NCBI GenBank assembly: GCA_002479255.1
Contig: DLMJ01000005.1
Span: 8,664 to 72,663, forward strand
Length of the DNA stretch: 64,000 bases
Source of the DNA: Candidatus Binatus soli
GTDB lineage: Bacteria > Desulfobacterota > Binatia > Binatales > Binataceae
Reading direction: 5' to 3'
Below, one piece after another: positions 50,569-59,921 of this stretch. A program made the translations under genes and the position numbers. The notes under the pieces are model-generated. The model was given only the letters and a program-made list of their open reading frames with translations, did no database searches and had not been told where the DNA came from. Within the stretch, counting starts at the first letter, position 1. Each line of letters begins with the position of its first letter.

Positions 50569-50748
50569 ATGCAGTCTCCACGCTGCATCGCGATCCGCGG
50601 GGGCGCCGACTACGTCGTCGTCGGCAGTCCCATCTGGCGCGCTGCCGAGCCGATCCGCGCCGTGCGCGAGATTACCGACGACATCGAGCGTGGGCTGCGC
50701 AACAGTCCCCGGCGCACGTTTGAAATTCTCAATCCCCGTCCCGTGTAG
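50569..50748 (+). pseudogene. C-terminal fragment of an orotidine-5'-phosphate decarboxylase-like protein (59 aa)
   Basis: Manual translation MQSPRCIAIRGGADYVVVGSPIWRAAEPIRAVREITDDIERG... resembles PyrF AI.AGADY.VVGRPI..A.DP. Confidence 0.65.
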
Positions 50749-50859
50749 TCCATCTTCGTTCCGCGTCTGTCTTTCCTATTCGAACCAAACTACGATTGCG
50801 CGAAATGCCCGAGCCAATCATTTGAACTTCAAGTCTGAGCCTGCACTCGGAGCCCGTTC

Positions 50860-51687
50860 TTGCTCGAAATCCTCATCTACCTGTTAGCGCTTGCAGTCGG
50901 CGCCGGATTCATCGGCGCGATCTCGGGCCTCGGTGGCGGAGTCTTCATCGTGCCGGGGCTGGTCATCCTGGCGCACATGCCGATGAAGGTTGCCGTCGGC
51001 GCGAGCCTGATCTCCGTCGTCGCGACCAGCGCCGGAGCCAGCGTCGCATTCGTGCGCGACGGATGGACCAATCTGAAAGTCGCGATGGTGCTGGAATGCG
51101 CGACGGTTACCGGCGCCGTGATCGGCGCCTATCTCGCCGGCGTCGTGCCGACCGTGGTGCTCGAATTGCTCTTCGCCGCCATGATGCTCCAGTCGGCATA
51201 CTTCTCGATGACCAGGCGCGGCGACGACATTCTCACCAGGGGCGACCCGCTCGCCGAGCGCCTGGAACTCTCGGGCGAAGTGCCCGACCTCAGCGGCAAC
51301 ACGGTCCACTATGAAGTCGTGAATGTACCCCAGGGCGGCGCGCTCATGGTCGTCGCGGGCCTCATGTCTGGCCTGCTCGGAATTGGGTCGGGCGCGCTCA
51401 AGGTGACGGCGATGGACTACATCATGCACCTGCCGCTCAAGGTTTCGAGCGCGACCAGCAACTTCATGATCGGCGTCACCGCCGGCGCCGGCGCACTCGT
51501 GTTCCTCGCGCGTGGCGACGTTGCCACCACCATCGCAGCCCCGGTGGCGATTGGAGTCACCGCCGGCGCGCTCGCCGGCAGCCGCGTCCTGCCGCATCTC
51601 AGGGTCGAGTCGCTCCGGACCGTATTCGTGATAATTCTTCTGCTGATCGCGGCCGAGATGGGATGGCGCGCATTATCGGGAATCTAA
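50860..51687 (+). CDS. TauE/SafE (TSUP) family exporter
   Basis: GAISGLGGGVFIVP, SLISVVATS, SGLLGIGSGALKV, KVSSATSNFMIGVT. Confidence 0.9.
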   Translation: MLEILIYLLALAVGAGFIGAISGLGGGVFIVPGLVILAHMPMKVAVGASLISVVATSAGASVAFVRDGWTNLKVAMVLECATVTGAVIGAYLAGVVPTVVLELLFAAMMLQSAYFSMTRRGDDILTRGDPLAERLELSGEVPDLSGNTVHYEVVNVPQGGALMVVAGLMSGLLGIGSGALKVTAMDYIMHLPLKVSSATSNFMIGVTAGAGALVFLARGDVATTIAAPVAIGVTAGALAGSRVLPHLRVESLRTVFVIILLLIAAEMGWRALSGI

Positions 51688-51690
51688 GCG

Positions 51691-52080
51691 ATGCCGAAAC
51701 ACGAAGAAGACCGGATACTCAGGGAATGGACGCCGATTCTGCTGCGGTCGATTCTCATCGTCGCGATGCTCGTACTCGGCGCCGGACTCGTCCTGACCTA
51801 CACCTTCGCCCCGGACTACTATGTCGAGCGCTACCAGGCGGCGCAGCATGGTCACCTGATCGGCAAGGAAACGATTGGCCGGTTGTTTGACGGGGTCCGG
51901 CAAGGCAATCCGCATGCGGTGCTGACGATCGGGCTGTTCGTGCTGACGCTGGTCCCGCTCGCGCGCGTCGCGTTCTGCTTCGTCCTCTTCATCCGGGAAC
52001 GCGACTACACGTATGTTGCTCTTACGGCCTACGTGCTCGCAGGGTTGATCGTTGGTGTGCTGGTAGGGAATGTCGGTTAG
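51691..52080 (+). CDS. DUF1634 family membrane protein (TSUP partner)
   Basis: GLFVLTLVPLARV...ERDYTY; 3 bp after the TauE gene. Confidence 0.82.
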   Translation: MPKHEEDRILREWTPILLRSILIVAMLVLGAGLVLTYTFAPDYYVERYQAAQHGHLIGKETIGRLFDGVRQGNPHAVLTIGLFVLTLVPLARVAFCFVLFIRERDYTYVALTAYVLAGLIVGVLVGNVG

Positions 52081-52113
52081 TGATCGATTAGTATTCGGAC
52101 GGAGGATCGCGCA

Positions 52114-52893
52114 ATGGAAATAAAGGGAAAGGTCGGCGTCGTCACCGGCGGCTCATCGGGGATCGGGCGTGCAACGGCACAGCGGTTGGCGAAAGAAGGC
52201 GCCGCGATCGTGGTCGCCGATCTCGACGAAGCCGGCGGCGCCGAAACCGTCAAGCGTATCAAGACCGCCGGCAGCCGTGCCGTTTTTGTGAAGGCAGACG
52301 TCACCAGGATCGAGGACGCTCGCCGGATGCTCGACACCGCGGTCTCCGAGTTCGGCCGCCTCGACATCCTGCACAACAACGCCGGCATCGGCGTGGGCGC
52401 GCCCGGCTTTCCCGAAGCACCGCCTGAGCGATGGCGCCTGGTGATCGAGATCGACCTGCAGGCCGTCATTCTCGGCACCGGCCTCGCGGCTCCGCTGATG
52501 CAAGCGAACGGCGGCGGCGCCATCGTCAACACGGCCTCGATGGCCGGCTTGTATCCGCATCGCCAGGACGTGGTTTATGGCGCGGCCAAGGGCGGCGTTG
52601 TGAACTTCACGCATTCCCTGGCGTTCTGGGAAGCGGAACGGAAAATCCGCGTCAACTGCGTCTGCCCGGGAATCGTCGATACTCCGATGGTGCACAAGGG
52701 ACTCGAGGCGGCCACCAAACTTGGGTTTTTGGCGAGAGCTTGGATACCGGCGAAGATGATTCAGCCCGAGGAAATCGCCGACGCAGTCGTCAGCCTCGTC
52801 CGCGACGATTCGCTGTTCGGATGCGCGCTGGAAATTCGCCCGAGTGGCCGCCAAATCGTCGATCCGCGTCGCGCCCCCGGCTCCCTGAGATAA
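52114..52893 (+). CDS. Short-chain dehydrogenase/reductase
   Basis: TGGSSGIG, NNAG, NTAS, YGAAK, VNCVCPG. Confidence 0.93.
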   Translation: MEIKGKVGVVTGGSSGIGRATAQRLAKEGAAIVVADLDEAGGAETVKRIKTAGSRAVFVKADVTRIEDARRMLDTAVSEFGRLDILHNNAGIGVGAPGFPEAPPERWRLVIEIDLQAVILGTGLAAPLMQANGGGAIVNTASMAGLYPHRQDVVYGAAKGGVVNFTHSLAFWEAERKIRVNCVCPGIVDTPMVHKGLEAATKLGFLARAWIPAKMIQPEEIADAVVSLVRDDSLFGCALEIRPSGRQIVDPRRAPGSLR

Positions 52894-52921
52894 AAAAACA
52901 GAGGCGGTCGATGACCGCCTC
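52892..52921 (-). terminator. Rho-independent terminator between the convergent SDR and HTH genes
   Basis: GAGGCGGTC-GAT-GACCGCCTC stem with an A7 run on its left. Confidence 0.7.
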
Positions 52922-53037
52922 CGCTGCGAGCTGAATGTAGCGCGCGTCGATTGAAGCGCGACTCTGCGGCGACGGAGACTACTCCGCATTCGCGTCCGGG
53001 CTGCCGCCGGGCGCGCGCGACTCGATGATCTCGCGCG

Positions 53038-53262
53038 TCAGTTCTGGCTGGAGGTGCCGCCGTCCGGAGCCTTCATGTTTCGCTCCAGACACCAACGGTC
53101 GATCACCTCGGCGTTGAAACGCCAATCGGTGCCGATCCGAAAGCCCGGCAGCTCTCCGCGACGAAGCAGCTTGTAGATTGTCGATGGATGCACACGCAGA
53201 TATTCGGACAATTCCTTGACCGTCATCACGCGCGGCAGGTTATACTTGGTTTCATTAGCCAT
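53038..53262 (-). CDS. Stand-alone excisionase-like HTH_17 DNA-binding protein
   Basis: VMTVKELSEYLRVHPSTIYKLLRRGELPGFRIGTDWRF; RBS GGGGAG before the ATG at 53262. Confidence 0.9.
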   Translation of the reverse strand: MANETKYNLPRVMTVKELSEYLRVHPSTIYKLLRRGELPGFRIGTDWRFNAEVIDRWCLERNMKAPDGGTSSQN

Positions 53263-53547
53263 GATACTCCCCGGTAACGTCCCCGTCGGTCGCCTACTCC
53301 CTGGATTTGATGCCTTTTTTCGCATCTCGAATGATTCAATCCGCCCGTTACGCCCACCATGAGCCTGTATGAGAGTCTCAAAATAATCACTGGCGGTCAA
53401 GAGGTGCTTAAGGGGACTTCTGGTACTTTTCGCGTTTCTCTCCTTTATTGTATGTGAAGTCAGCTATTCTTGCAGAGATTTCGATAACAAAATGCTCAGC
53501 TAAGCTCTAAACGATGCCTGTGAGTGCCTTGAAATGAGGTCATAAGC

Positions 53548-54087
53548 ATGCCAAGTACGCGAATTTCAATTTTGCTAATCTTCGCCTGGCTTGGCCTTGC
53601 TCACGCCCAACCAGCCCAAGCCCAAATGAGGCTGACCAGCCCCGCGATCGCTCCCGGAGCCGCAATTGCCGATGACTACGCATGTACTGGCGCCGATCGA
53701 TCCCCCGCGCTCGCATGGAGCGATGCGCCGCAATCAACGAAAACGAAATCATTTGCATTGATCGTCGACGACCCCGACGCTCCCCATGGAACATTTTTTC
53801 ATTGGGTGGCGTACAATATTGCGGCTGGCGAAACTTCGCTGCCGGCAGGCGTGCCGCAAACCGCGGAAATTGCCGGCGGCGGAACAAATGGAATCAACAG
53901 CTTCGAGCATATCGGCTACAATGGACCGTGTCCGCCGCCGGGGAAAATGCATCACTATCGTTTTCATCTCTTCGCGCTGGATTCGACGTTGACTCCCGGC
54001 GACCCGGCGGACGCGGCCGCCGTCCAGTCCGCGATGAGAGGTCACGTCGTCGCGACCGCGGAATTGGTCGGCACATTCGAACGATGA
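53548..54087 (+). CDS. YbhB/YbcL (PEBP) family protein with signal peptide
   Basis: SPALAW, DDPDAP, HWVAYNI, YNGPCPP, HHYRFHLFALD. Confidence 0.93.
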   Translation: MPSTRISILLIFAWLGLAHAQPAQAQMRLTSPAIAPGAAIADDYACTGADRSPALAWSDAPQSTKTKSFALIVDDPDAPHGTFFHWVAYNIAAGETSLPAGVPQTAEIAGGGTNGINSFEHIGYNGPCPPPGKMHHYRFHLFALDSTLTPGDPADAAAVQSAMRGHVVATAELVGTFER

Positions 54088-54106
54088 GGTAAAAGCGGAT
54101 TCATCG

Positions 54107-54706
54107 ATGAAGACAGTACTCAAAATCCTGGCTGGAGTGATTGTTCTCGCAGTCGTCGCGATCGTGGGATGGCGTTACTATCAAATACATCGCGCGCGGC
54201 AGGCCGGCCTGCTCACCGAGAACATCGGGCATGACGGCAACGTCTGGAAGGCCGATTTCACCGCGCGCATCCCGGCCCCCGAGCAGACCGTCTTCACCGC
54301 GATTCGCGACGTCGAAAAAATGCACAACGATCAGGTCAAGGCGGTGCGCGTCGTATCCCAGAGCGGAAATAAAAAGACCGTCGATATGGATATCGCGGGA
54401 CCGGGCGGACAAACGATTACCACCGAGCTTGAGTTCGAGTACCTGCCCGACCAGAACAAGATCGCCTATCACACCGTCGACAATCCGCTGCTCGATACTC
54501 AGGCCGTGTACCAACTCGGCGATGAAGGCGCGAGCACGTTCATCGACTACCACGAAACCACGCATCTGCTGCAGTCGTTTCCCGTCCCCGACGGCGTCAT
54601 CAAGCAGGTCATTCGCGGCATCTTCATCGCGCAGCTCGAAACCTTGAAGCGCACCCTCAACATCAAGACCGCCGACGAGACCCCCTCCCGTGACGACGAA
54701 CCCTGA
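54107..54706 (+). CDS. Membrane-anchored SRPBCC/START-like protein
   Basis: N-terminal TM; RIPAPEQTVFTAIRDVEK; C-terminal helix QLETLKRTL. Confidence 0.65.
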   Translation: MKTVLKILAGVIVLAVVAIVGWRYYQIHRARQAGLLTENIGHDGNVWKADFTARIPAPEQTVFTAIRDVEKMHNDQVKAVRVVSQSGNKKTVDMDIAGPGGQTITTELEFEYLPDQNKIAYHTVDNPLLDTQAVYQLGDEGASTFIDYHETTHLLQSFPVPDGVIKQVIRGIFIAQLETLKRTLNIKTADETPSRDDEP

Positions 54707-54737
54707 CGGCGCCCGCCGTTTCCGCGCGAGCAGTACG

Positions 54738-54872
54738 ATGAACGTAATGACTTGCCGCAGGCAGGCGGAAGGCGCGAAATTGATGACGATCAAAGATACA
54801 GCGCAAATCGAGTGGGACGAGATCCGTAAGATCGACCATTACGCGTTGTCGGTGAAGGATCTCGCAAAATAA
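54738..54872 (+). pseudogene. Probable C-terminal remnant of an SNF2 helicase-DUF3883 defence protein
   Basis: KLMTIKDTAQIEWDEIRKIDHYALSV resembles the I.DPA...W.EV.K..HY.LSV tail of helicases that precede DUF1156 genes (from recall, not searched). Confidence 0.5.
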
Positions 54873-54879
54873 CACGAAG

Positions 54880-55800
54880 ATGCATTTTCCAGACAGCGTT
54901 GCGCGTGCACTCAAAAAGGCTCTCGTCAATGTATTCTGGACGAAGAAAGACCTTCGCGAATTGTTTAGCCGCTGCGATGTTCCAGCCAATCTGACAAACG
55001 CCCAAGATTGGAACGGATACAAGTTTCACATCATCGATCCCGTCATTGACTCCCTCAACGGATCACCGGACGGGCTTGGACCATTACGCCGAATCCTCGC
55101 CGAAACCCTTCACTACAAAGATGGCAATCACCTTCTGTGGCTCTCGGACGGCCAGAAGCGAAAACGAGAGGCGGAAGATTCGTTGGAGCATCTGAGGGTC
55201 TTGGTCGAAAAGCACGATGCGTCGCTGGAAGCGGAACGTACGAAGCAGGAACAGCGGCGTCGCGAGCAGGACGAGAGAGCTCGAAAGCAATCGTTCTCGG
55301 AGACGCGCGAACATCTAAAGCAGCATTTCTTAACCTTGTATGCCGCGCTCGACCGGCAGCAGAGCGGCTACGGATTAGAAGATCTCCTGTACCAAGTCTT
55401 CGATCTTTTCGAATTGCAGCCGCGCGGGCCATTTCGCCTTGCCGGAGAACAGATCGACGGCGCGTTCGTCCACGAGTCGACCGATTTTTTGCTTGAGGCG
55501 AAGTGGTAGAAGGCCCCTGCAAATCTGGAAGCGCTTCGCGATCTCGATGGCGCAGTCGGGTCAAACCTGGACAATACACTTGGGCTGTTCATTTCGATCC
55601 ATGGGTACACCGGGGAAGCACTCGATCGGTATCGGCAGGGAAATCGGCCGCGAATTGTCTGCATGGACGGCGCTGACCTGATGGCCGTCCTGGAGGGTCA
55701 GATTGATCTCAACGACCTCTTGCGCCGAAAGAAGGCGATCGCCGCGCAACGAGGCGAAGTATTTGCGCCCGTTTCCAAAATAATCCTAGGAGAGATGTAG
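54880..55800 (+). pseudogene. Mrr-like PD-(D/E)xK restriction endonuclease interrupted by one in-frame TAG at 55507-55509
   Basis: GYGLEDLL, GEQIDG, LLEAKW* then the same frame continues KAPANLEALRDL...GLFISIHGYT...IVCMDGADLMAVLEG..LLRRKK to the TAG at 55800. Confidence 0.85.
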
Positions 55801-56811
55801 ATGACCGCGGGGAAGATTGCATGTCCGCTCTGCGACTTGAGCCAACCGCTCGCTGCCAGCTCATCTGATCCCGATGGCGATCGCACGGCGGTTCGTTGTC
55901 GGCGATGCGGGGAGTTCTCAATTCCGTCCCGGATTCCTGAAAACTGGGATATAGGACGGATACCTCAGTTTCTGCTTGAGAAGAGAGTCAGACGCTCCGA
56001 TCAGCCGCGCGGCCGCGAGCTCCTACGGAAGTATCTGTCTATCTACAGCCGTGAATGCCAGGAAACCGGCAGGCGGGCTGAATTTCCAGTACCTTTCGAC
56101 CTTTCTGAGATGGAGCTGCTAGCCGAAACCTACGCGCATACGTCTGTTCCAGACCGTGCAGATAGGCTGCTTCGCTTTCTCGCGCGACGGACTGACTACC
56201 CCGGAAAACCCGTAGGGGTAAACGCGTACTACGATTATCCTGTGCCACATGCTATCGAGGCCGAGGAATTCGACTATTATCTGGAATACCTCGCTCACGC
56301 AGGTTGGATCGAACGACCAGCAGGTTTGGACGCAAAGATCTCCGGGCAGGATCCGGAGATAGAGTACGATCGCGAAACCATCGTCACGGTTGAGGGTTGG
56401 AAACGCATCGCTTCGCTCGGCGGCGGTCGTGTCGCTTTCGTCGCCATGTCATTCGCCACGGAACTGGACGACGCCTTTCTCGAAGGTCTCACTCCGGGCA
56501 TATGCGACGCTGGCTACCAGGCATTGCGGGTAGACAAGATCGAGCATAACGAGAAAATTTGCGACCGAATCGTCTCCGAGATTCGAAGAGCCAGGTTTCT
56601 TGTAGCCGACGTGACAAATCAGCGGCCAGGCGTTTATTTCGAGGCCGGATTTGCAATGGGATTGGGCATGCCGGTCATCTGGTGCTGCAGAAAGGACGAT
56701 CTCGCTAACGTCCATTTCGACACTCGGCAGTACAACCACATCGTCTGGGAAACGCCAGCGGAGCTGCGTACCAGACTTCGTGACAGGATTCTCGCCACGC
56801 TTGCGGCCTGA
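55801..56811 (+). CDS. Zn-ribbon plus nucleoside 2-deoxyribosyltransferase/TIR-like domain protein (defence-associated)
   Basis: CPLC..CRRC; FVAMSF, EIRRARFLVADVT, GVYFEAGFAMGLG, HFDTRQYNHIVW. Confidence 0.82.
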   Translation: MTAGKIACPLCDLSQPLAASSSDPDGDRTAVRCRRCGEFSIPSRIPENWDIGRIPQFLLEKRVRRSDQPRGRELLRKYLSIYSRECQETGRRAEFPVPFDLSEMELLAETYAHTSVPDRADRLLRFLARRTDYPGKPVGVNAYYDYPVPHAIEAEEFDYYLEYLAHAGWIERPAGLDAKISGQDPEIEYDRETIVTVEGWKRIASLGGGRVAFVAMSFATELDDAFLEGLTPGICDAGYQALRVDKIEHNEKICDRIVSEIRRARFLVADVTNQRPGVYFEAGFAMGLGMPVIWCCRKDDLANVHFDTRQYNHIVWETPAELRTRLRDRILATLAA

Positions 56812-56815
56812 ATGA

Positions 56816-57045
56816 ATGGTATCCAAGGAATGCAAGACAGCTAGCAGAGATAAGGTCTCCAATTGCGTTGGTGAGCGTGCATTCGGCACTTGAAAAATCC
56901 GTCCGGCATGGGCATCCGAGCACGCTCCATCTCTGGTGCGCGCGACGGCCGCCAGGCCGCCCGCCGCGCAACGCTGCTGGCGCTGCTGCTCCCCGACCCG
57001 TGCGATGAGGACTGTCCGGAAGAGTTCAAGGACACAGTGAGGATC
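56816..57045 (+). pseudogene. Frameshifted N-terminal remnant of a DUF1156 DNA methyltransferase
   Basis: Joining frames gives MVSKECK / QLAEIRSPIALVSVHSALEKSVRHGHPSTLHLWCARRP / AARRATLLALLLPDPCDEDCPEEFK, the DUF1156 hallmark RHGHPSTLHLWWARRP. Confidence 0.8.
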
Positions 57046-57131
57046 TGTGACCAAAGACGACGCGGTGCGTCAGCGTCGCCCGAGGTACCGACGAGTAGGA
57101 CCTGATTAGTCATGTTCAAGCGACCCATACC

Positions 57132-58427
57132 ATGATCCGCTTCAACGCAGAATTCGTAGCATCCGCGTTCGCTCTCGACGGATGCCCGCGATGGAAGCGC
57201 GCCGAGGTCGCGCTCGCCGGCCGCTCCAACGTGGGCAAGAGTTCCCTGCTCAACGCGCTCGCCGGAGTGAAGGGTCTCGCGCGGACCAGCAAAACCCCCG
57301 GACGCACGCGATGCCTCAACTTCTTCTCGGTCGGCGACACGCTCGCGCTATGCGACCTGCCCGGCTTCGGCTACGCGAAGATGGGTCATGAGGAAGCGGC
57401 CAAAATCGCTTTTATGATGCACGAATACATCCACGAGCGCGTCAATCTCGCCGCCATCGCGATTCTCGTCGATTGCCGCCGCGGTCCTCAGCACGACGAA
57501 CTCGATCTGGCGGCGATGGCCGCGGAGCGCGGCATCGAAGTAATTCCGGTCGCGACCAAGTGTGACAAGCTGCGCCGTTCGGAGCGCGCAGCCGCGCTCA
57601 AACGTTTCGACTCGATGCGCGTGGCGCCGATCTTCTGTTCGGCGACGTCCGGCGAGGGAATCGACGATCTGCGCCGCCGAATCCTTGCCGTCGATCGGAT
57701 GGATGCCGCTGAACCCGGGCCGCATAGCGAATCGAATTCTGCGACTTTCGACGAATGGCTGAAATGGGTTTTCGACCACCCGGTTGCAGAAAACACGTCG
57801 GACGAATGGTGGTGGCAGGAGCCTGACTACGATGAAGGCGGCAGGTGGTTGGACCGGCCGCCGATGCCGGCATTAGCGTTCGTTGCAAAACTCTTCGAGA
57901 ATCCGTTGCAGTACCTGTCTTGTTATAGCGACGCTCAGATCAATCAGGGTCTCGATTTCATTGTCAGTACATCCTGCTCTAAACATTTCCACTGGCTCAT
58001 AGACGGCAGAGTCGATCTTAATCTTCGAAAGCGTTGCATCCGATCAATTGAGGGTCTTTCCCGCGAGTTGTTCGCGCCGAGGTGTTCGGACGATGTCTGC
58101 AAAGGCACGAAGCCACTGGATTACATTTGCTTCATGCTCTGGGATCTTGCGATACACCATGCTTGTCACCGTGAGGATAATCCCGACGGTACTTACTCGG
58201 AGGTCCGCGATCCTGAAATCGACAAGGAATCCGTCAATACGCTCGCCCGCATAATCACAATACCAAGCCTCGCGTGTCAGCAATCGGCTCTGCATGGACT
58301 CGGCCACCTGGTTGACGACGCTTGTCTGGGAGCGAACATTATCCAGAAATATTTGGATGACCATCCAAACCTGCGTAGCGATATTCGGACATACGCGCAG
58401 CGGGCTCTGTTGGGCAAAGTACAGTAA
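57132..58427 (+). CDS. engB: Ribosome biogenesis GTPase YihA/YsxC fused to an unknown ~230 aa C-terminal domain
   Basis: GRSNVGKSSLLN, TSKTPGRT, DLPGFGYA, TKCDK, SATSGEG, then unrelated TFDEWLKWVFDHPV...SALHGLGH. Confidence 0.85.
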   Translation: MIRFNAEFVASAFALDGCPRWKRAEVALAGRSNVGKSSLLNALAGVKGLARTSKTPGRTRCLNFFSVGDTLALCDLPGFGYAKMGHEEAAKIAFMMHEYIHERVNLAAIAILVDCRRGPQHDELDLAAMAAERGIEVIPVATKCDKLRRSERAAALKRFDSMRVAPIFCSATSGEGIDDLRRRILAVDRMDAAEPGPHSESNSATFDEWLKWVFDHPVAENTSDEWWWQEPDYDEGGRWLDRPPMPALAFVAKLFENPLQYLSCYSDAQINQGLDFIVSTSCSKHFHWLIDGRVDLNLRKRCIRSIEGLSRELFAPRCSDDVCKGTKPLDYICFMLWDLAIHHACHREDNPDGTYSEVRDPEIDKESVNTLARIITIPSLACQQSALHGLGHLVDDACLGANIIQKYLDDHPNLRSDIRTYAQRALLGKVQ

Positions 58428-58470
58428 GGCTGAAGACCCGAGGCGCTGCCGTCCGGGACGCTGCATCAGG

Positions 58471-59385
58471 ATGAGACCAGAAGTTTCGGTAATTATCCCG
58501 GCTTACAATCGATGCGCGATGCTGCTTGAGGCGATCGATTCCGTGCTCGCCCAATCGACCCCGGCGTTCGAGTTGATCGTCATCGACGACGGCTCGACCG
58601 ATGGGACCGCCGAGCACCTGGCGCGGCTGGCTGAAACGATCCGAATGAAAATTGACCGCATCGATCATCGCGGTCCGGCCGCGGCGCGAAACCGCGGCGT
58701 CGCCATCGCGCGCGCGCCGCTGATCGCATTCCTCGATTCCGACGATCTCTGGTCGCCGACCAAGCTCGAACGCCAGCTCGCGTTCATGCGCGACAACCCC
58801 GGCTGCGCGATCTCGCAAACCAACGAAATCTGGATCCGCAACGGGCGGCGCGTGAATCCCGGCCACCGCCATCGCAAGCGCGCCGGCGATATTTTCATCG
58901 ACTCGCTCCGCACCTGCCTGATTGCCATGTCGTCGGTGATGATACGCACCGATCTTTTCCGCTCATTTGGCGGCTTCGACGAGCTCATGACCGCCGCCGA
59001 AGACTACGATCTATGGCTGCGAATTCTCATCGACCATGAAGCCGGCCTGCTCGACGAACCGCTGGTGACGCGCCGCGGCGGGCATCCCGATCAAACCTCG
59101 GCCACGACTCCTGCCCTCGATCGCTTCCGCATTCTCGCGCTTGCAAAATTGCTCGCGGACGACCGGCTTTCCCCGGCGCGGCGAACTTCGGTGGTCGAAG
59201 TATTGGCCGAAAAATGCCGTATCTACGCGGGCGGCCTTCGGCGACGAGGCAGAATCGACGAGGCGCGACTGTACGAATCGGTCGCTGAACAGGCGCGAGG
59301 CTGGGATACGCGTGCGGCTCCTGAAATCGGATGCACGGTCAAGGCGATGCGATCCATGATTCGCGAAATTCCACATGAATGCTGA
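58471..59385 (+). CDS. Glycosyltransferase family 2
   Basis: VSVIIPAYNR, IDDGSTDGT, AARNRG, AFLDSDD, EIWIRNGRRVNP, EDYDLWLR. Confidence 0.93.
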   Translation: MRPEVSVIIPAYNRCAMLLEAIDSVLAQSTPAFELIVIDDGSTDGTAEHLARLAETIRMKIDRIDHRGPAAARNRGVAIARAPLIAFLDSDDLWSPTKLERQLAFMRDNPGCAISQTNEIWIRNGRRVNPGHRHRKRAGDIFIDSLRTCLIAMSSVMIRTDLFRSFGGFDELMTAAEDYDLWLRILIDHEAGLLDEPLVTRRGGHPDQTSATTPALDRFRILALAKLLADDRLSPARRTSVVEVLAEKCRIYAGGLRRRGRIDEARLYESVAEQARGWDTRAAPEIGCTVKAMRSMIREIPHEC

Positions 59386-59911
59386 CGAGATCGACGCGCA
59401 GATTCGGATGCTCGCTGCCGAGCGACGGCTGCCGCCGAGCCATCTTGCGCGATGGCTCGCGATGGACCCGGCGTCGCGTGCCGCGATGCTCGATATCGCG
59501 CGCGTCATCCGCCTGCGGACCGGTCAATTGATGACCGCACTGGAGACGCTTGAGGAAATCGCCGTGCGCGAGCACGTCACAGCCGCCGGCGTTCTCGGCC
59601 GCCCCGAAATCAGGCGCATTGCGGGCGGTCCCGGCTCCGCGCCGTCGCGCGCGAGCGCGCTGCTCGAAGCGCTTCGAACGCTTCGCTACCCCCTCCTTAA
59701 GAAAATGCAGGAGCAGATCCGCTCTGAAGTCTCGGCGCTGAAGCTCCCCCGCGGAATTTCGGTGGTCTTGCCCAAAGAGCTTGGCTCTGATGAGCTCACC
59801 GTTTCGCTTCGGGTGCGAAGCGCCGCCGAACTGGCGCGCCTGCTCGAGGCGCTGGATCGCTCGCGCACGGGACTGACAAGGATTATTGAAATGCTTGGCG
59901 GTAAAAGGTGA
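59375..59911 (+). CDS. Hypothetical helical protein between GT2 and the SplB-like gene
   Basis: Overlaps the GT2 stop; host-like codon usage; LRTLRYPLL motif. Confidence 0.75.
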   Translation: MNADEIDAQIRMLAAERRLPPSHLARWLAMDPASRAAMLDIARVIRLRTGQLMTALETLEEIAVREHVTAAGVLGRPEIRRIAGGPGSAPSRASALLEALRTLRYPLLKKMQEQIRSEVSALKLPRGISVVLPKELGSDELTVSLRVRSAAELARLLEALDRSRTGLTRIIEMLGGKR

Positions 59912-59921
59912 AAAGTGAAAA

